Under the pieces are notes generated by a model that saw nothing but the letters and a program-made list of their open reading frames with translations, was not told where the DNA came from and made no database searches. A DNA stretch of 64,000 bases. It comes from Bacteroidota bacterium (GTDB taxonomy: Bacteria; Bacteroidota; Ignavibacteria; Kryptoniales; JAKASW01). Location of the stretch: the NCBI GenBank assembly GCA_021845665.1, contig JAJZVO010000005.1, forward strand, positions 17,422 to 81,421, given 5' to 3'. Below, piece by piece: positions 17,744 through 27,520 of this stretch (position 1 is the first letter of the stretch; the number at the start of each line of letters is the position of its first letter). The position numbers were made by a program, and so were the translations under genes.

Positions 17744-19297
17744 TCAACTTACTTCGAAAGCCTTATGTCTTTCTGCCAGCTCGTTCTGGATCTGAAGGTT
17801 CAGTTTCTTGTCGATGCCGTAGAAGAAGATCGCGACGACGCCGATGAAGAATGTCAGGGCCGGGTAAATGCTCGACGCCATTCGGATTCCGAACAAGGCG
17901 TGAGCCGTCTGTGCGACATTAGGCACATAGCCGTATGCAGAGAGTATCCAGCCGCAGATTGCGCCGCCTAACCCGAGCCCAGCCTTCAGACCGAAAACTA
18001 TTCCCGCGAATACCAGCCCCGTAGCCCGCCTGTTGGATTTCCATTCGGAGTAATCCGCGACGTCAGCCATCATGGCCCAAAGGAGCGGGATTGTTGGCCC
18101 GTAAGCGAGTGACTTCAGAATGTTGAACAGAAACGCCATACCGATGGCCTGGGCGGGTAACAATATGAACAAACCTGTGAAGAGCGCCGTGAAGAATAGC
18201 CCGATCATGAATACAGCTTTCTTGCCGAAGCGTGCTGCAAGGGCAGTTGAAACGATGACGCCGATTATGGTTACGAATTGTCCTGCCATGTTGAACAGGC
18301 TGAATCCCACAGATGCGGTATTGCTCCCGTCTTTGCTTACGATCAGCCCGAAAGCGTTCATGATGCCGTACACAAACCCGCCGTGTCCCGAACTGACTTT
18401 TCCGAGACCGATCGACTGGAGGAAATTAAAGAGCGCGTTCTTGTCGGCGTAGTATGTGAAATAGTAGAACATCCCGCTTCCCCACATCGCGAGCGTGATG
18501 AAGACGAACAACGTGGCGACAAACATCGAAATCCACGGTCCGGTCTTCAGCAGTCCCAGGAGATCCTTCTTCGGAGAGGACTTCTGCCTGGGATCCGGTT
18601 TTATTCTCTCTTTGGCCGAAAGGAAGGTTATGAAAAGAAAGACAACTATTATGATACCATAGACGCCCATCGTCATCGACCATCCCTTCTGGGCATCTCC
18701 ATGGCCGAACTTATCGACCAGCGGAAGTGTCAATCCCTGGACCAGGAAAGCAATCGACATTGAAAAGAAGAAGCGGAAAGAAGACAGAGATGTCCTTTCA
18801 TTTACATCGCCTGTCATTACGCCGTTGAGCGCGGAGTAAGGCGTGTTGTTCATCGAATAAAAAGCCATCAACAGGATGTAAGTCACATAAGCATAGACGA
18901 GTTTTCCCGTGGCGCCGAAATGGGGTGTAGTAAATGCGAAGATGAAAACAGCGGCAAACGGAACGGCCGTCCATAAGACCCAGGGACGGAACTTGCCCCA
19001 CTTCGTCTGTGTCTTGTCGGCCATGATACCGACGAAGGGATCAAAGAACGCATCCCAAAAACGTCCGACCAGCAATAGTATTCCTGCCGAGACAGCGCTA
19101 ATGCCGAAGACATCTGTGTAAAATGGAAGCTGGAATATCAACATCGTCTGGAAAACGAAATTCGCCGCACCGTCCCCTAGACCGTACCCGACTTTTTCCC
19201 TTACCGAAAGTTTACCGAACGCCTCGCGCACGGCGGCTTCTGCCGCGTTTCTCTTCGCGTCATCGCCCGGAAACAGTCCTTCAGTGCTATTCTCCAA
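17744..19297 (-). CDS. GPH-family glycoside/pentoside/hexuronide:cation symporter (xyloside transporter-like)
   Basis: 517 aa, about 12 TM. Contains the LSVREKVGYGLGDGAANFVFQ signature of the MelB/XynT/YicJ family. The track start is a TTG; an in-frame GTG just before REAFGKLSVREK would give a more typical N-terminus, so the start is uncertain. Confidence 0.85.
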   Translation of the reverse strand: MENSTEGLFPGDDAKRNAAEAAVREAFGKLSVREKVGYGLGDGAANFVFQTMLIFQLPFYTDVFGISAVSAGILLLVGRFWDAFFDPFVGIMADKTQTKWGKFRPWVLWTAVPFAAVFIFAFTTPHFGATGKLVYAYVTYILLMAFYSMNNTPYSALNGVMTGDVNERTSLSSFRFFFSMSIAFLVQGLTLPLVDKFGHGDAQKGWSMTMGVYGIIIVVFLFITFLSAKERIKPDPRQKSSPKKDLLGLLKTGPWISMFVATLFVFITLAMWGSGMFYYFTYYADKNALFNFLQSIGLGKVSSGHGGFVYGIMNAFGLIVSKDGSNTASVGFSLFNMAGQFVTIIGVIVSTALAARFGKKAVFMIGLFFTALFTGLFILLPAQAIGMAFLFNILKSLAYGPTIPLLWAMMADVADYSEWKSNRRATGLVFAGIVFGLKAGLGLGGAICGWILSAYGYVPNVAQTAHALFGIRMASSIYPALTFFIGVVAIFFYGIDKKLNLQIQNELAERHKAFEVS

Positions 19298-19959
19298 TGA
19301 TTCACCCTGGATAAGTTTGAGTTACTGAATTGTATTTGAATCTATAAATACGACCGCTATTTCTGCGTGACGAGTGACAAATGCGCCGCCATGATACGTG
19401 TTGGTCCAAGGGGATCTTGATGCCTCGTTCGAATGTGGCCTGGCGAGAACCGCTCAGCTCGCGCGTAGCGGGCTTAGCATTGAAATGAAAAAGAAAATCG
19501 CGGGGAGTATAGAACGCAGAGCTTAGAAACGCCTTAGCAGACGAGACGGATAGACCGGCACCACATCTTTTTGATCCGGTACGAACGCCGCTGTTCGTGG
19601 GATGAGACCGTGGGGTGCTGAGACACGAACCCATCTCTACATGGAACGCCAACGTCACCTCTCTTCCCCCGATGCTAAGCATTTGCGCTTCTCCTCCTTC
19701 GATGGTCTCTTAGTTCAATGGATCGGCATCACCACCTCACGGTACTTTCAGCCGAGCATCTCTTGAATTATCAGTATCTTACCGTGCTATCAGAATCGAC
19801 GACTGTCCACACCGTCACCTCTCTTGATTCTCACGATCGAATCCTCATTGGGCGACAGAACCGAGTAAGGTCATCCTTGATCAATCACCTGCATCATTAC
19901 TACATACAGGCCTTAGAGCAGACTTGCTACAACAGTTCAATTCTAATTGAACCGGTTTA

Positions 19960-19988
19960 ATTATACAAATATTAAAATCTAATGTCAA
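19960..19988 (-). promoter_or_regulatory. Consensus sigma70-type promoter TTGACA-N17-TATAAT, pointing toward the GPH transporter gene about 650 nt downstream
   Basis: The minus strand reads cttgTTGACAttagattttaatatttgTATAATtaaacc. The -35 is the complement of 19983-19988, the -10 is the complement of 19960-19965, and the spacer is exactly 17 nt. Both hexamers match the consensus perfectly, within an ORF-free gap. Confidence 0.55.
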
Positions 19989-20239
19989 CAAGAAACCGCC
20001 GGATGCTTCGCAAGATCATGTGTTCAGATAGGGAAGGAAGACTGTTTGTGGGAAACCAGCAAATCGACTTCTTTCTACCGGCGATGTTCATCATTCAGAT
20101 TTTGAAAAACAAAAGGTCTCAAGATTCGGCCGAACAAATTGAAAGGCAAGTCGTACCATCTTTGGTTAACTGCGTATCATAGTAACAACAGGAACCCTTG
20201 ACTGGTGCCCGATACCTATCCTCCCCGAAAGAAATTGAA

Positions 20240-20286
20240 AAGGCCGGGGCGACAGAGCGCTCCGGCGCATGTGTCGATCCGGCCTT
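20240..20286 (-). terminator. Terminator candidate after the ROK kinase gene
   Basis: On the minus strand, AAGGCCGG..(31-nt loop containing the GCGCCGGAGCGC mini-hairpin)..CCGGCCTT is followed by TTCAATTTCTTT. The large loop lowers confidence. Confidence 0.4.
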
Positions 20287-20320
20287 ATTACGGCTGTTGG
20301 TCCGGCTAACCCGGGTCTGT

Positions 20321-21424
20321 TTATTTGTCCATTGAATTCAAAGCAAAGGCGTAGGCACCGATCGCTATGGCTTTACTGGTGCCGATCTTTGAAATACCGA
20401 CTCCAATCCTCATCTCCGAGTCATATTTAACCTTTTTCTTTGAACCATAGACGGCTATCTCCTTCGTTGAGCCGCGCACAAATCTCTCCCGGTCTGCTTC
20501 GTTCTCGAGGTTATAAACGTTGGCGGCAAGGCGACGGAACTTGCTGCCGTTAGGACTTGTGAACGTGCCGTTCATCTCGTCAACCAAATAGGGAAGGAAA
20601 ACGGATGAAGCGCCAGCGAGGCCTCCGCCTATCACTACCAATCCATCGATCAGCGTTATCGCATTCGATATCGCGTCGCCCGTCGCCTCAGCCATTTCTC
20701 TAAAGGCTGATATTGCGGCTTGCTTATTACCTTTCTTTTCTCCGATTGCTATTTCATATATGTCCTTCGGCTCGGGGGTTTCTTCGAATTTGATATTAGC
20801 TTCTTTAGCGTAACCTCTTTTCACACCTCTTATACTAGCGTGCTCTTCGACATTCATAACCGGATTGAGTTTGTCCCTGAGAAGCCAGACCTCTCCGGCG
20901 ATCGAATTATCTCCGACGAAGAGGGTGCCGTCTCGCACGATGCCCCCTCCGAATCCGGTGCCAAGAGTCAGACCTAGAAGGTTCTTGTATCTCTTTGGAC
21001 TTTCTCCTTTTTCGAGAAGTTGGTTGACGTAAGGGAGAAAACCCGCGATCGCTTCGCCGTAAGCGTAAAGGTCGCCATCGTTATTTATGAAAACGGGGAG
21101 GCCAAATTTCTCCTCGAGCATCGGGCCAAGCGCAATGCCGCCTCGAAACGCGGGGAGGTTTGGAAGATCTCCGATTATTCCGTTCGGATAGTCTGCCGGA
21201 CCGGGGAAGGCAAAGCTGACCGCCACGGGTTTTTCTTTCAATCCGGACTTCACCCGGTTGAATCCCTCCACGATGGCAGCCATGCAGCGATCCAGATTGT
21301 CCGCATTGGAAGGGAGAGTGATCTCTTCCAGAACTTGCTTGTTTCCACTTATCGCCGTGAATACCAGATTCGTTCCCCCTGCGTCCAGGGTCATTACTGT
21401 TCGTTTATCATTATCGTACTTCAT
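20321..21424 (-). CDS. ROK-family sugar kinase (glucokinase/hexose kinase-like)
   Basis: 367 aa. Motifs LDAGGTNLVFTA (phosphate-1), GLTLGTGFGGGIV and VIGGGLAGA. No N-terminal HTH, so it is a kinase rather than a repressor. Confidence 0.85.
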   Translation of the reverse strand: MKYDNDKRTVMTLDAGGTNLVFTAISGNKQVLEEITLPSNADNLDRCMAAIVEGFNRVKSGLKEKPVAVSFAFPGPADYPNGIIGDLPNLPAFRGGIALGPMLEEKFGLPVFINNDGDLYAYGEAIAGFLPYVNQLLEKGESPKRYKNLLGLTLGTGFGGGIVRDGTLFVGDNSIAGEVWLLRDKLNPVMNVEEHASIRGVKRGYAKEANIKFEETPEPKDIYEIAIGEKKGNKQAAISAFREMAEATGDAISNAITLIDGLVVIGGGLAGASSVFLPYLVDEMNGTFTSPNGSKFRRLAANVYNLENEADRERFVRGSTKEIAVYGSKKKVKYDSEMRIGVGISKIGTSKAIAIGAYAFALNSMDK

Positions 21425-21434
21425 TTTACAGCCT

Positions 21435-22607
21435 TCATGCTTGAGATGTTCTTAAATTCTTGATTGAGGTCCATGCTATATAAAGGAAAGCAATGAGAGG
21501 GACAAAGAAGCCGTACTCCAGCTTCGTCTGATCCGCGATAAATCCCATCAAAGGCGGGAGAAATGCTCCACCGACGATCGCCGTCACCATAAGGCCAGAC
21601 AGCTCGTCTGATTTGTCAGGCATCGCATCCACCGTAATCGAGAATATCAGCGGGAAAACGTTTCCGAAAGCGAGACCCGTTACAATCACGCAAGCTACGA
21701 CTACCCCGGCGATGCCGGTAAACAAACCGAGTATTGCCAGGATAGAGATCGCGACGGTGCTTATGAGAAACTTCTTCGGAGACATCCAGTTTAGTATCAC
21801 GCCGCCGAGGAATCTTCCGATCATCAAACATGTGAAGAAGAGTCCGGTACCGAGTAATCCGACTTTTTCCACGTTCACGCCGAACTTCGAGTGGAGATAA
21901 AGGGGTATGCCGGAGCTCATGCAGACTTCCGAGCCGACGTAGAGGAATATCGCCGCGACCATCATGGCGACATAACCGTTCTTAAGCAGGGCAAGACAGG
22001 ATTTTAACGTCACCGGCGCCTTTTCGTTTTCCGCTTTCTCTTCGACTTTCAGAGTCGCGACGAAGATGATGGTTATTATCACGAGTATCGAGTAGATCGG
22101 GAAGAGGACTTTCCAGCTTGCTCCGGAATAGTAAGCAGTGATCGCCGGAATCGAGACGGCTATGGTCGGTATGACCGGGCCGGTCAGGGATCCGATCGCC
22201 TTCACAAACTGTCCCAGAGACAAATTCCTCGAATATTTCCCTTCAGGAGAGACATCTCTCATTATTGGGTTGCCTGCTACCTGAAGTATCGTCGCACCCG
22301 CGCCGAGGAAAAGGACCGTCACGAGCAGAACGCCGAACGACGACAGGCCGAAGTTTGGTATGAGGATCCCGAGAAGCATGACCGATAGTCCGAGCAGAAG
22401 GATGAACTTTCTTCCCTTCTTTGCTTGGTATACGCCCATCGGAACGGAAATTATGCCGAACATTATGAAACCCATAAACGCCGTAAGGAAAGCAACGGTG
22501 TTGGAAAGATGGAACTCGCCCTTGGCAAGTGAAACGAATGGGCCGACCGCGTCGCCGAATCCCATTGCGAGAAAAGCGAGAAAGACGGGAAGCGTCTTAT
22601 TTTTCAT
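21435..22607 (-). CDS. MFS permease of the FucP/GluP (fucose:H+ / glucose-galactose) type
   Basis: 390 aa, 12 TM. The N-terminus LAFLAMGFGDAVGPFVS is typical of the FHS family. The gene lies 10 nt upstream of the ROK kinase, forming an uptake-plus-phosphorylation pair. Confidence 0.8.
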   Translation of the reverse strand: MKNKTLPVFLAFLAMGFGDAVGPFVSLAKGEFHLSNTVAFLTAFMGFIMFGIISVPMGVYQAKKGRKFILLLGLSVMLLGILIPNFGLSSFGVLLVTVLFLGAGATILQVAGNPIMRDVSPEGKYSRNLSLGQFVKAIGSLTGPVIPTIAVSIPAITAYYSGASWKVLFPIYSILVIITIIFVATLKVEEKAENEKAPVTLKSCLALLKNGYVAMMVAAIFLYVGSEVCMSSGIPLYLHSKFGVNVEKVGLLGTGLFFTCLMIGRFLGGVILNWMSPKKFLISTVAISILAILGLFTGIAGVVVACVIVTGLAFGNVFPLIFSITVDAMPDKSDELSGLMVTAIVGGAFLPPLMGFIADQTKLEYGFFVPLIAFLYIAWTSIKNLRTSQA

Positions 22608-22670
22608 GTGTTACTCCGTTCAGTTTTGTATGTTTGATATGGTTTTCATTAATAAGCGTGATCTTCAGCG

Positions 22671-23395
22671 TCAGCGATCTCTCGCCAGTTCCACCTTTAT
22701 CATGCTCGTGTCAGAAACTGTTCCGGAAGTTATCAAAGTGTAAATGCTCGTCCTTTCCGGATGTACAACCAACGAATCTGATTCGTTCACCTTCCGACCG
22801 TCGAGGGTCACGCCGGATCCATTCGTCGTTTGCCAGTACAACGTCACCGGGCCTGCGCTCGTCAACCTGTACCTGCCTGCACTGAAATCTCTGATTATCC
22901 CGGACGGACTTTTTTCGATCGCGTTGTTGACAATCCGGGCCAGAATTGAATCTCCTATCGAATCGGGATGGACTCCATCGAAGAAATCTGCGCTATCCTT
23001 CCTCATGTTGTCGTAAAAATCTATCAGCGAAGTGTTCGATGAAATTTGTATTTCCAGTTCCATGGCTTGCTGTCGTTCGTGCCGAGACAGATCGTGACTA
23101 TTTCAGGCTTGAAGGCGAGGGCTTCTCTGTAAAATTTCTCTTTCCAGTAGGGGTAGTCGCCTTTCTTCAACATAGTCCTGCCGCCGACTCCGAAATTCCT
23201 GACGTCGTACCCGTTGCCGAGCAGCCTCCCAAGCTGCTGAGGATAGGCGCTGTTCCGATCGGGGAGGCCGTACCCTATCGTTATACTGTTCCCGATACAA
23301 GCTATACGGACCGGCGGCATCTGTGCCGCCGCCGTTATAAAGCTCACCAAGGAAAGAGCGACGACTGTCTTGGCAACACTTAGCATCTTGACCAT
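22671..23395 (-). pseudogene. SGNH/GDSL esterase (candidate acetyl-xylan/carbohydrate esterase) split by a 1-nt frameshift
   Basis: Frame A runs from ATG 23395: signal peptide, block I ACIGNSITIGYG, block II GVGG, block III GTNDSKPWNWKYK, then a stop at 23024. Frame B (23063..22671) continues with SSNTSLIDFYDNM..DGVHP (block V, D-x-x-H) plus a C-terminal beta-rich domain. The switch maps to the AAATTT run at 23042-23047. Confidence 0.7.
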
Positions 23396-23445
23396 ATTCA
23401 CCTTTAGCTGTTTCCTGATCAATGCAAGACTATTGAACTGCCGGT

Positions 23446-24771
23446 TTATTGAAGGACGACGATTCTCTCGAGTTCTTCCAGCGATTTCCCCTTCGTCTCC
23501 GGCATCACTTTCCAGACAAAGAAGAAGAACGGTATCATCATCACGGCGAAGAACATGAACACGTTTCCGCCTCCGACGCCGGCAAGTGCGATGGGAAAAA
23601 GGAGACCTATCACGGCATTCATTATCCAGTGTGTGAAAGAACCGAGCGCCTGTCCTTTCGACCTCACTTTGTTTGGGAATATCTCGGCAAGGAAAACCCA
23701 TATGACGGCTCCCTGCGAGAACGCGAAGAACGCTATGAAGCCGACTATAAAAGCGACAATCCCCATGCTGCCGAAGAGTGTCCCGTCATAATAGTGAATC
23801 GCCGCGCCTGCGAGCGAGAGAAACATTCCGACAGCTCCAATCAGTAGCAGGTTCTTACGTCCAAACTTGTCGATAAAAAACATCGCGACTATCGTAAAGA
23901 TCATATTCGTAACGCCGACCGCGACCGCTTCCAGCATTGCGGCGTTGGTGCTCGCGCCAGCCTTCTCGAAAATCATCGGCGCGTAGTACATTATAACGTT
24001 TATGCCGGATAGCTGGTTGAAAGCGGCAAGAAGCATTGCACACATTATCACAAAACTGTATTTCTTCTGAAGGAGCTTAGCGGCATTCTGTCCGGCTTCC
24101 TCCCGAAGCGAGCTCACGATCTCCGATATTTCGTTGTCGACGTTGCCGGCTCCGACGCTTTCCAGTACACCTCGCGCTTCGTCCACGCGCGATTTCTTAA
24201 CGAGCCAGCGCGGGCTTTCGGGTACGAAAAAAAGGAGAAGGAAAAAGAGTGCGGATGGAATTGCCATCACGCCGAACATCCACCTCCAGCTGTCGGGCCC
24301 AATCCCGAGGAGAAGATAATTGGAGAAAAACGCCACGAGTATTCCCAGCACAATATTGAACTGCGCTACCGCCACGAGCCTCCCTCGAAGGCGTCCCGGC
24401 GCCAGTTCAGCAATGTACATCGGTGCCATCACTGAGGCCGCTCCGATAGCCAGACCGCCGGCGAACCGGGAAATGAGAAGGGTATGCCACCCCGAGGAGA
24501 AAGCGCAACCGAGAGATGAGAAGAAGTACAACACCCCGCATATCGAAAGAAGTCTTTTGCGGCCGAGCACGTCGCCCGGCTTCCCGACCGCTATCGCGCC
24601 GATGACCGTTCCCCAGAGAGCAATGGAGACCGTTATTCCGAGCGTCGCATCGGTGAGATGAAAATAACCGGTAATGAATTTTGTGGTTCCAGATATGACC
24701 GCCGTGTCGAAGCCAAATAAGAAACTGCCCAACGCCGACACGACCGTCGCAAAAAGAAGCTTACGGCTCAT
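23446..24771 (-). CDS. MFS sugar porter (XylE/AraE/GalP-like sugar:H+ symporter)
   Basis: 441 aa. Sugar-porter signatures GRKRLL, PESPRWL and PETKGKSLEE. 12 TM. Confidence 0.9.
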   Translation of the reverse strand: MSRKLLFATVVSALGSFLFGFDTAVISGTTKFITGYFHLTDATLGITVSIALWGTVIGAIAVGKPGDVLGRKRLLSICGVLYFFSSLGCAFSSGWHTLLISRFAGGLAIGAASVMAPMYIAELAPGRLRGRLVAVAQFNIVLGILVAFFSNYLLLGIGPDSWRWMFGVMAIPSALFFLLLFFVPESPRWLVKKSRVDEARGVLESVGAGNVDNEISEIVSSLREEAGQNAAKLLQKKYSFVIMCAMLLAAFNQLSGINVIMYYAPMIFEKAGASTNAAMLEAVAVGVTNMIFTIVAMFFIDKFGRKNLLLIGAVGMFLSLAGAAIHYYDGTLFGSMGIVAFIVGFIAFFAFSQGAVIWVFLAEIFPNKVRSKGQALGSFTHWIMNAVIGLLFPIALAGVGGGNVFMFFAVMMIPFFFFVWKVMPETKGKSLEELERIVVLQ

Positions 24772-25028
24772 GAGGTTCTCCGCTCGATAACGAGATAAAA
24801 TTTACCACATTTGAACGTCAATTCAACGTGTAAAAACTTGCATCCGAAGGATAGAAGCAGAGGTCCTGTGTCTGAACTACTGCAAGCGCCAAGGAAATGC
24901 TAACCGCTCACTTAATATCGCCGTAAATATCGGATTACGAGAACGACTATTCTGCTGCGAAATTCCGAGTCACCCCGTGGATTGTGCGGAGAACGGATCG
25001 AACAACGCACACCATTCAGGAGAACCGC

Positions 25029-26903
25029 TCATTCCCCGTTCTGCGGGTCCACTGTTGCGAAAAAGTTCTTTATGTTGCTGGCGGCCTTCATGCCGACGAC
25101 CTCGGAGAGCCGCTCAACCGAAGCTTCACGAACAGCCTTCACCGAACCGAACTCGCGAAGCAGCTTTGTGGCTTTCGTCGGGCCTACTCCTTCGATATCG
25201 GTCAGCTGAGTAGAAATAACCCGCTTCTCTCTCAGCGAACGGTGGAACGTGATCGCGAATCTGTGTGCCTCGTCGCGGATATGCTGGAGAAGCTTAAGTG
25301 CGGACGACGTGCGCGGAAGGAGTATCGACTCGCTTTCGCCCGGGACGAAGACTTCCTCGAGCCTCTTCGCAAGACCGACGATCGGCTGGTTCGGGAGATC
25401 GATAGAGTGCAGCGTCTCGACTGCCGCAGAGAGCTGTCCCTTGCCGCCGTCGACGACGACGAGATCGGGGAGCTGACCTCCCTCGCGCATTACTCTCGTA
25501 TACCTGCGCTCGATGACTTCCGCCATGCTGGCGAAATCGTCCGCGCCGACCACCGTCTTTATCTTGAACTTCCTGTAATCGCTCTTACGCGGCTTGCCGT
25601 CGACGAAGACAACCATCGACGCGACGGGATCGCTTCCCTGTATGTTCGAGTTGTCGAAGCACTCGATGCGCCTCGGTGGTGCAGGTAAACGCAGGTCGCG
25701 TTGAAGCGCCTGTAGAGTATGCGGGACAGTCTCCTTTCCCTTTTCCTTCTGGATCTTCAGTTCGTCGAGCATGAACTTTGCGTTTGCCCGGCACATCCGG
25801 ATCAGCTTCAGGTCCTCACCCTGTTTGGGAACAGTAATCTTGACTTCGCCGCCGCGCTTCGTCGTGAGGAGCTGCTCCACCATTTCGATATCGGTCGGCT
25901 CGGCGGAGAGAAAGAGTTCCGGAGGGACGTAATCGGCATTTATGTAATATCTCTCTATAAGAGTCTCTATCATTTCCGACTCGGTACGTTTCGATACGTT
26001 CGAGAGATAGAAGTGCTGCTTGCCGATGAGCTTTCCGTCACGAACCTTGAAGATCACCCCGCAGCCGTCGTCGTCTTCGCTGACAGCGGCTATTATGTCC
26101 CGCTCGATCAGCTCGAACGACACCATCTTCTGCTTATCTGTGTAAACTTTGACGGCCGAGATTTTCTTTTTGGTCTCGCCCGCCTTTTCGAACTCGAGCC
26201 TATCTGAATACTCCTGCATTTTCTCCGTAAGCTGGCCGATAAGATCTCGCGACTTCCCCTTTAATAGCCGCTCGACCTGTGAGATCATCTCGTTGTATTC
26301 TTCGAGTGAAACCAACCCTTCGCATGGTCCGCCGCATTTTCCGATATGGTAATCGAGACAGACTTTCCACTTCTTTCTGGCGATTCCCTCCTCGGTCAGT
26401 GGAAGTTTGCAGCTTCGTATCTGGAAAATGTCGCGGACCGACTTCAGTGCGAACCTCATAGTCTTGACGTCGGTATAAGGCCCGTAATATCGGGAACCGT
26501 CCTGCCTCACCTTCCGAGTCACGTAGACTCTCGGAAAAGGCCCATTGGTCACGACTATATAAGGATAACTCTTGTCGTCCCGGAGATCGATGTTGTAGCG
26601 CGGCTTGAGCTTCTTTATGAGGGTGTTCTCGAGAATGAGCGCTTCCATCTCCGAATCTGTCACGATGACTTCGAGGTCCGCAATTTTGGTCACGAGCACC
26701 TTCGTCTTCGGATCGTGGTTATGGCCTTTCTGGAAATAGGAGCGAACACGGTTTCTTAGAATCTTCGCCTTACCCACGTAAATGATTTTACCGTCGGCGG
26801 TCTTGAATTGGTAGACACCCGGCAGACGCGGCAGGTTGTCGAGCTTCTCCTTAAGTCCGAAACCGACTTCCTGGATCTCTATGTCCTCAAAAATCCCCGG
26901 CAT
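25029..26903 (-). CDS. uvrC: Excinuclease ABC subunit C
   Basis: 624 aa. GIY-YIG N-terminus (GVYQFKTADGKIIYVGKAKILRNRVRSYF), UVR domain, RNase H-like endonuclease domain and C-terminal (HhH)2 (LTDIEGVGPTKATKLL). Confidence 0.95.
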   Translation of the reverse strand: MPGIFEDIEIQEVGFGLKEKLDNLPRLPGVYQFKTADGKIIYVGKAKILRNRVRSYFQKGHNHDPKTKVLVTKIADLEVIVTDSEMEALILENTLIKKLKPRYNIDLRDDKSYPYIVVTNGPFPRVYVTRKVRQDGSRYYGPYTDVKTMRFALKSVRDIFQIRSCKLPLTEEGIARKKWKVCLDYHIGKCGGPCEGLVSLEEYNEMISQVERLLKGKSRDLIGQLTEKMQEYSDRLEFEKAGETKKKISAVKVYTDKQKMVSFELIERDIIAAVSEDDDGCGVIFKVRDGKLIGKQHFYLSNVSKRTESEMIETLIERYYINADYVPPELFLSAEPTDIEMVEQLLTTKRGGEVKITVPKQGEDLKLIRMCRANAKFMLDELKIQKEKGKETVPHTLQALQRDLRLPAPPRRIECFDNSNIQGSDPVASMVVFVDGKPRKSDYRKFKIKTVVGADDFASMAEVIERRYTRVMREGGQLPDLVVVDGGKGQLSAAVETLHSIDLPNQPIVGLAKRLEEVFVPGESESILLPRTSSALKLLQHIRDEAHRFAITFHRSLREKRVISTQLTDIEGVGPTKATKLLREFGSVKAVREASVERLSEVVGMKAASNIKNFFATVDPQNGE

Positions 26904-26993
26904 ACATTAGCTTAGTGCAAAGCGCATAGAGCAAAGGGCGCCGGGTTTCTTTCTGCGCCATGCGCTCTGCTCTTTGCGCCACGCTGTTCCTCT

Positions 26994-27401
26994 TTAGTCT
27001 TGTTTTTCGCTTAGCTCCACCAGGACTCCTCCGGTAGTCCTCGGATGTAAGAACGCAATCAGGTGTCCGTCGGCTCCGAGCCGCGGCGCCTCGTCTATGA
27101 GCTGGAAACCGGCTCCCTTCAGGCGGGCGAGCTCCGCCTTGATGTCCGAGACTTCAAAGCAGATATGATGTATCCCCTCGCCATGCTTCTCAATGAACTT
27201 AGCTATCGTCGATGCGGAATCGGTGGGTCCGGCGAGTTCGAGACGAGACTCGCCTATCGGGATCATTCCGACTTTAACTTTCTGGTCGGGCACCTCTTCG
27301 ACGGCCTGTACCTTGCTGCCGACGAGAGTTTCGAACGCTTTCTTTGCCGTCTCAAGGTCTTCGACGGCAATTGCTATGTGGCTTATCTTCAGGAAACTCA
27401 T
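26994..27401 (-). CDS. mce: Methylmalonyl-CoA epimerase (VOC/glyoxalase fold)
   Basis: Start ATG 27401, preceded by GGAGG. Sequence MSFLKISHIAIAVEDLETAKKAF..RLELAGP..IAKFIEKHGEGIHHICFEVSDI..FLHPRTTGGVLVELSE matches the epimerase pattern. Confidence 0.8.
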   Translation of the reverse strand: MSFLKISHIAIAVEDLETAKKAFETLVGSKVQAVEEVPDQKVKVGMIPIGESRLELAGPTDSASTIAKFIEKHGEGIHHICFEVSDIKAELARLKGAGFQLIDEAPRLGADGHLIAFLHPRTTGGVLVELSEKQD

Positions 27402-27471
27402 CTCAAGACCTCCGGGAAAATTTAGCCGATTCGCCTGCCAAAGTCTATGATAGCGCAACTACAAAAAGGGT

Positions 27472-27504
27472 CGTCCTTTTTCTATGACGACCCTGGATCA
27501 GGAA
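27472..27504 (-). terminator. Rho-independent terminator of ssb
   Basis: Minus strand: AGGGTCGTC-atagaaaaag-GACGACCCT followed by TTTTTGT, 17 nt past the ssb stop. Confidence 0.7.
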
Positions 27505-27520
27505 ATATTTCTTTCAAGAA

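Noticed and set aside
19302-20182. ORFs 19302-19682(-,126 aa), 19718-19960(+,80 aa) and 19982-20182(+,66 aa) in the 1-kb gap
   Set aside because: They have no RBS and no recognisable domains, and their composition is unusual (Ser/Arg/Gly-rich). I treat the region as non-coding, though the 126-aa ORF ending 4 nt before the transporter start cannot be formally excluded.
19298-20320. Possibility that the gap encodes RNase P RNA, tmRNA, a tRNA or a group II intron
   Set aside because: I looked for GGAAAGUCC/ACAGAA-type RNase P blocks, a tmRNA GGGG..UCCACCA frame with a tag ORF, a GGTTCGAATCC T-loop and a domain V-like GAGCCGUAU hairpin. None is present on either strand.
23396-23701. N-terminal extension of about 100 aa on the track ORF 23024-23701
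   Set aside because: It overlaps the 3' end of the sugar-porter gene and is highly Arg-rich. A proper signal peptide begins at ATG 23395, which I take as the real start.
24800-24840. TTGAACGTCAATTCAACGTG upstream of the sugar-porter gene as a possible operator
   Set aside because: It is neither a true palindrome nor a clean direct repeat when written out. That is insufficient to call a binding site.
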